Assembly (NCBI GenBank): GCA_011391635.1
Contig: JAABQD010000010.1
Span: 3,059-67,058, forward strand
Source: Sulfurimonas sp.
GTDB taxonomy: Bacteria > Campylobacterota > Campylobacteria > Campylobacterales > Sulfurimonadaceae
DNA: 64,000 nucleotides
Reading direction: 5' to 3'
Shown here in pieces: positions 61,344-64,000 of this stretch (its first letter is position 1; every line of letters begins with the position of its first letter). Made by a program: the position numbers and the translations under genes. Under the pieces are notes generated by a model. That model was not told the origin of the DNA and did not search any database. It worked only from the letters and a program-made list of their open reading frames with translations.

Positions 61344-61369
61344 TTGGCATGTGGAACTTCCACATGCCA
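61344..61369. terminator. Inverted pair of the 13-mer between convergent waaF and hldE
   Basis: TTGGCATGTGGAA-c-TTCCACATGCCA. Confidence 0.65.
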
Positions 61370-61381
61370 GATAAAGAATAC

Positions 61382-62806
61382 CTACTTACCTTGAATGCGT
61401 TGAATAGTTTGCGTTGTACTTTTTCCATCGACAAAATCAACAAGTTTTAATTCCCCAGAAAACTCTGTTCCAACTACCTCTTTTCCTTCATAATCTCCGC
61501 CTTTGACCAGAACATCAGGCTGTATCATTTTTATCAGATTATAGGGTGTGTCCTCCGAAAAAGGGACAACAAAATCGACCGCTTCAAGTGCCGCCAAGAT
61601 ATACGCTCTATCTTCTGCAATATTTACAGGGCGAGTTGGTCCTTTGAGACGAGAGACCGAAGCATCGGAGTTAAGTCCGACAATAAGAACATCCCCAAAG
61701 CTTTTTGCAATTTGGAGATACTTCACATGCCCGACATGTAAAATATCAAAACAGCCATTTGTAAAAACAACTTTTTTACCACTTTGTCGGTAACGCTCGA
61801 CCATAGACGCAATCTCTTCAAAACTTTTTATATGCGCATCGGAGGTACTTTTATGCAGAGTTGCTTCATACTCCTCTATTTCAGCAAGAGTGACCGTTGC
61901 AGAACCGATTTTACCCACAACAACTCCCGCTGCGAGGTTTGCAAATTTTGCGGTCTCTTCGATGCTTTTGTTCGCACAAAGAGCAAAAGCGATGGAAGCA
62001 ATAACCGTATCTCCCGCACCCGTTACATCAAAAACCTCTTTGGCAACTGTTGGAAATTTCTTAAGTTTTTCATCATAAGTAGCAATTCCATCTTCTGAGA
62101 GCGTAATGAGTGAAATCCCTAAATCACACTCTTTTTTGAGTTTTAAAAGTGCCTCTGTAAGAGTTTGCTCATCGACAATATTTATCTTTGTAGCTAACAT
62201 CGCCTCTTTTTTGTTTGGAGTGAGAAGATATGCACCTTTGTACTTGGAGTAATCACTCCCTTTTGGATCCACCAAAACTTTGACGCTATTTTTTTTACAA
62301 AGTTCTATAATGCCCTGACAGAGTGCATCCGTTAAAACACCCTTGCCATAATCTGACAAAATCACTATGTCAAACTCTCTGATATTTGAGTGCAAAGTCT
62401 CTAAAATTTCACTCACAGACGAAGGCAAAATATCATCTTTACTCTCTTTGTCATACCTGAGTATCTGCTGACTTACAGCAATAATACGACTTTTTTTAGA
62501 GGTATTTCGCCCCTTTTGCGTGATGAGATTTTTTGTGTCCACACCAATAAATTTGAGCATATTTGTAAGTTCATGCCCGTTGTCATCATCACCGATAACA
62601 CTGCTCACACTTACCTTTGCACCTAGAGCTACAAGGTTGTTTATAACATTTCCCGCACCGCCTAAAACGGTTGTCTCTTTTGCGATGTCCACCACTTGAA
62701 CTGGAGCTTCAGGAGAGATTCTCTCACAACTTCCCCACAAGTAGTGGTCTATCATCAAATCGCCTATGACAAGGATATTTGGCTTCGAATTTTTAAGCAG
62801 TGTCAT
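61382..62806 (-). CDS. hldE: Bifunctional heptose 7-phosphate kinase / heptose 1-phosphate adenylyltransferase
   Basis: RISPEAPV, DVTGAGDT, TNGCFDILHVGH. Confidence 0.96.
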   Translation of the reverse strand: MTLLKNSKPNILVIGDLMIDHYLWGSCERISPEAPVQVVDIAKETTVLGGAGNVINNLVALGAKVSVSSVIGDDDNGHELTNMLKFIGVDTKNLITQKGRNTSKKSRIIAVSQQILRYDKESKDDILPSSVSEILETLHSNIREFDIVILSDYGKGVLTDALCQGIIELCKKNSVKVLVDPKGSDYSKYKGAYLLTPNKKEAMLATKINIVDEQTLTEALLKLKKECDLGISLITLSEDGIATYDEKLKKFPTVAKEVFDVTGAGDTVIASIAFALCANKSIEETAKFANLAAGVVVGKIGSATVTLAEIEEYEATLHKSTSDAHIKSFEEIASMVERYRQSGKKVVFTNGCFDILHVGHVKYLQIAKSFGDVLIVGLNSDASVSRLKGPTRPVNIAEDRAYILAALEAVDFVVPFSEDTPYNLIKMIQPDVLVKGGDYEGKEVVGTEFSGELKLVDFVDGKSTTQTIQRIQGK

Positions 62807-63813
62807 TATTTTACTTCTTCTTTGAAAATTCTTTTTATCTCAGGAACATAGGCTTTAATGCCATCTTCCATCTCATAGGCTGGTGCGTAACCGAGGGCTT
62901 CTTTTGTCGTTTGGATGTCTGCTTCAGTATGAAACTGATAACTTCCAACAAAAGGGTTTGGAATATATTCACATGCCAAAGAAGTTCCAAGTTCTCGTTG
63001 TAAAATATCTACAATGTCTTGAAAACTTCGAGCTTTCCCTGTTCCAACATTATAAATTCCGCTCTCTTTAGGTTCCATCGCTTTAATATTTGCTTGAATA
63101 ATGTCCTCAATGAAGATAAAATCACGCAAAATCTTATCGCTATCTTCAAAAAGACGAGGATTTTTGCCCTTAAGCAATTGATGCCCAAATTGCAAAACCA
63201 TAGAAGCCGTAGAATTTTTAAAAAACTCTCCTGCTCCATAAACATTAAAATATCTCAGACCTACGATGCTTATATCACAATTTTTCATGTACTCACGGCT
63301 GAGATAATCCATGCTGAGTTTTGAAAAACCATACACATTCGCTGGTGCTTCACAGCCTACTTTTTGAGGAGAAGGAGCGTTGCCATAAGTTGCAGCTGAA
63401 GAAGCGTATATCATATTTGCCCCATGAGCAACTGCTAGATTGAGCAAATCTTTATAGGCATTTACATTGGTTTTTATCATCAAATCTTGTTCGAGTGCAG
63501 TTGTGTCTGAGATGGCAGCTTCATGAAAAATATAGTCAAAGTTATAGTTCACTTCCAAGTCTAAAAGTAAATCTTTATCATTGATATCTCCGCTTATAAT
63601 TTCTCCACGAAATCCTACAAGATTTTTATAATGCCCAAAACTTTTGAGGTTGCCATTAGAGAGCGTTTCGCCACTTCTAAAACTATCCAAAACGACAATT
63701 TTTGCCTCAGGATGGTTGTTCTGAAAATAAAAAGCCAAGTTTGAGCCGATGAACCCTGCTCCACCTGTAATTAAAATTGTTTTATCTTTTAAGTCATCTT
63801 CTATGTATCTCAT
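62806..63813 (-). CDS. hldD: ADP-L-glycero-D-manno-heptose 6-epimerase (start likely 63813)
   Basis: TGGAGFIGSN, YASSAATYG, YGFSK, LRYFNVYG. Confidence 0.92.
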   Translation of the reverse strand: MRYIEDDLKDKTILITGGAGFIGSNLAFYFQNNHPEAKIVVLDSFRSGETLSNGNLKSFGHYKNLVGFRGEIISGDINDKDLLLDLEVNYNFDYIFHEAAISDTTALEQDLMIKTNVNAYKDLLNLAVAHGANMIYASSAATYGNAPSPQKVGCEAPANVYGFSKLSMDYLSREYMKNCDISIVGLRYFNVYGAGEFFKNSTASMVLQFGHQLLKGKNPRLFEDSDKILRDFIFIEDIIQANIKAMEPKESGIYNVGTGKARSFQDIVDILQRELGTSLACEYIPNPFVGSYQFHTEADIQTTKEALGYAPAYEMEDGIKAYVPEIKRIFKEEVK

Positions 63814-63925
63814 TTTCTCATCCATAATCAAATTTATTTAATATAATAATACCTTTATAATCATTAACGAGTATTTAAGACTCAAAGCACTATAATCAAC
63901 ACGAAAATTTATCCAAGGAAATAAA

Positions 63926-64000
63926 ATGAAAAAAATCGCTTTAACTCTCTTAGTTGCTGGTGCTTCACTTATGGCTGCTGATGGTGCAGAATTATTTAAA
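63926..64000 (+). CDS. Periplasmic protein, probable cytochrome c553, 3' truncated
   Basis: Signal peptide followed by ADGAELFK, typical of Campylobacterota c553; CxxCH lies beyond the window. Confidence 0.6.
   Translation, partial: MKKIALTLLVAGASLMAADGAELFK

Larger units (their letters stand above)
2047..61369. repeat. Dispersed non-palindromic 13-bp repeat TTCCACATGCCAA (core CCACATGCC), about 52 copies
   Basis: Perfect on +: 2111,5049,5846,6218,11414,22991,24759,29941,42867,46427,47151,56839,57069,60444. Perfect on -: 5067,6200,11434,12028,32203,38642,41217,43669,51476,56950,61009,61344. Core-only on +: 14078,15572,15921,18493,29796,31367,35003,35643,41025,41501,41868,45993,47722,48623,50857,52240,53185,61358. 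Core-only on -: 2047,13154,23007,29513,51144,52848,57426,57916. Confidence 0.95.

Noticed and set aside
2047-61369. 13-mer as a CRISPR repeat
   Set aside because: Too short, irregularly spaced over tens of kb, in both orientations, mostly in frame within genes; no cas genes.
5049-61369. Inverted 13-mer pairs as IS/MITE terminal repeats or REP elements
   Set aside because: Only 1-7 nt between arms, no transposase, no target-site duplications, arm order varies, and most copies are single and intragenic.
2047-61369. 13-mer as Chi or KOPS
   Set aside because: Those motifs are about 5-8 nt and strongly strand-polarised; here the split is 32:20 and inverted pairs are common. Not fully excluded without whole-genome data.
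1376-62979. Partial 8-10 nt matches (for example near 1376, 1824, 15394, 26688, 29220, 29323, 30879, 56890, 62970)
   Set aside because: They lack the full CCACATGCC core and were excluded from counts; some may be decayed or incipient copies.
9-63324. Many short ORFs antisense to or overlapping real genes (for example 22997-23296, 7071-7493, 52491-52943)
   Set aside because: Shadow frames of well-supported CDSs with no recognisable domains.

Overview
Chromosomal window from an AT-rich Campylobacterota bacterium, most like Sulfurimonas (judged from gene content, protein style and the hldD / cytochrome c553 neighbourhood). About 60 tightly packed genes: lepA (5' truncated), comF, grpE-dnaK, a Tat-exported molybdopterin oxidoreductase operon in B-C-A order, hisD/aroK, a hemerythrin plus membrane-protein pair, a REC-HD-GYP / FIST / hybrid-kinase module divergent from motAB, groESL, tRNA-Met(CAT) followed by a small accessory islet (toxin-antitoxin pair, orphan sugar-binding protein), truC, a DEAD-box helicase, lgt, hemN, msbA, and a ~27 kb LPS/envelope cluster (rml genes, uxs, ugd, waaL, glycosyltransferases, three LTA-synthase-family enzymes, a periplasmic ATP-dependent DNA ligase, waaF, hldE, hldD). 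The main unexplained signal is a non-palindromic 13-mer, TTCCACATGCCAA / TTGGCATGTGGAA. By hand count there are 52 copies of its 9-bp core, 26 of them perfect 13-mers, on both strands. It occurs in all six codon frames inside genes, as inverted pairs at every spaced convergent gene junction, and over five start codons. This layout matches the DNA uptake sequences of Neisseriaceae and Pasteurellaceae, and I know of no such sequence in Campylobacterota. The uptake function is inference. All counts are manual and should be recomputed.
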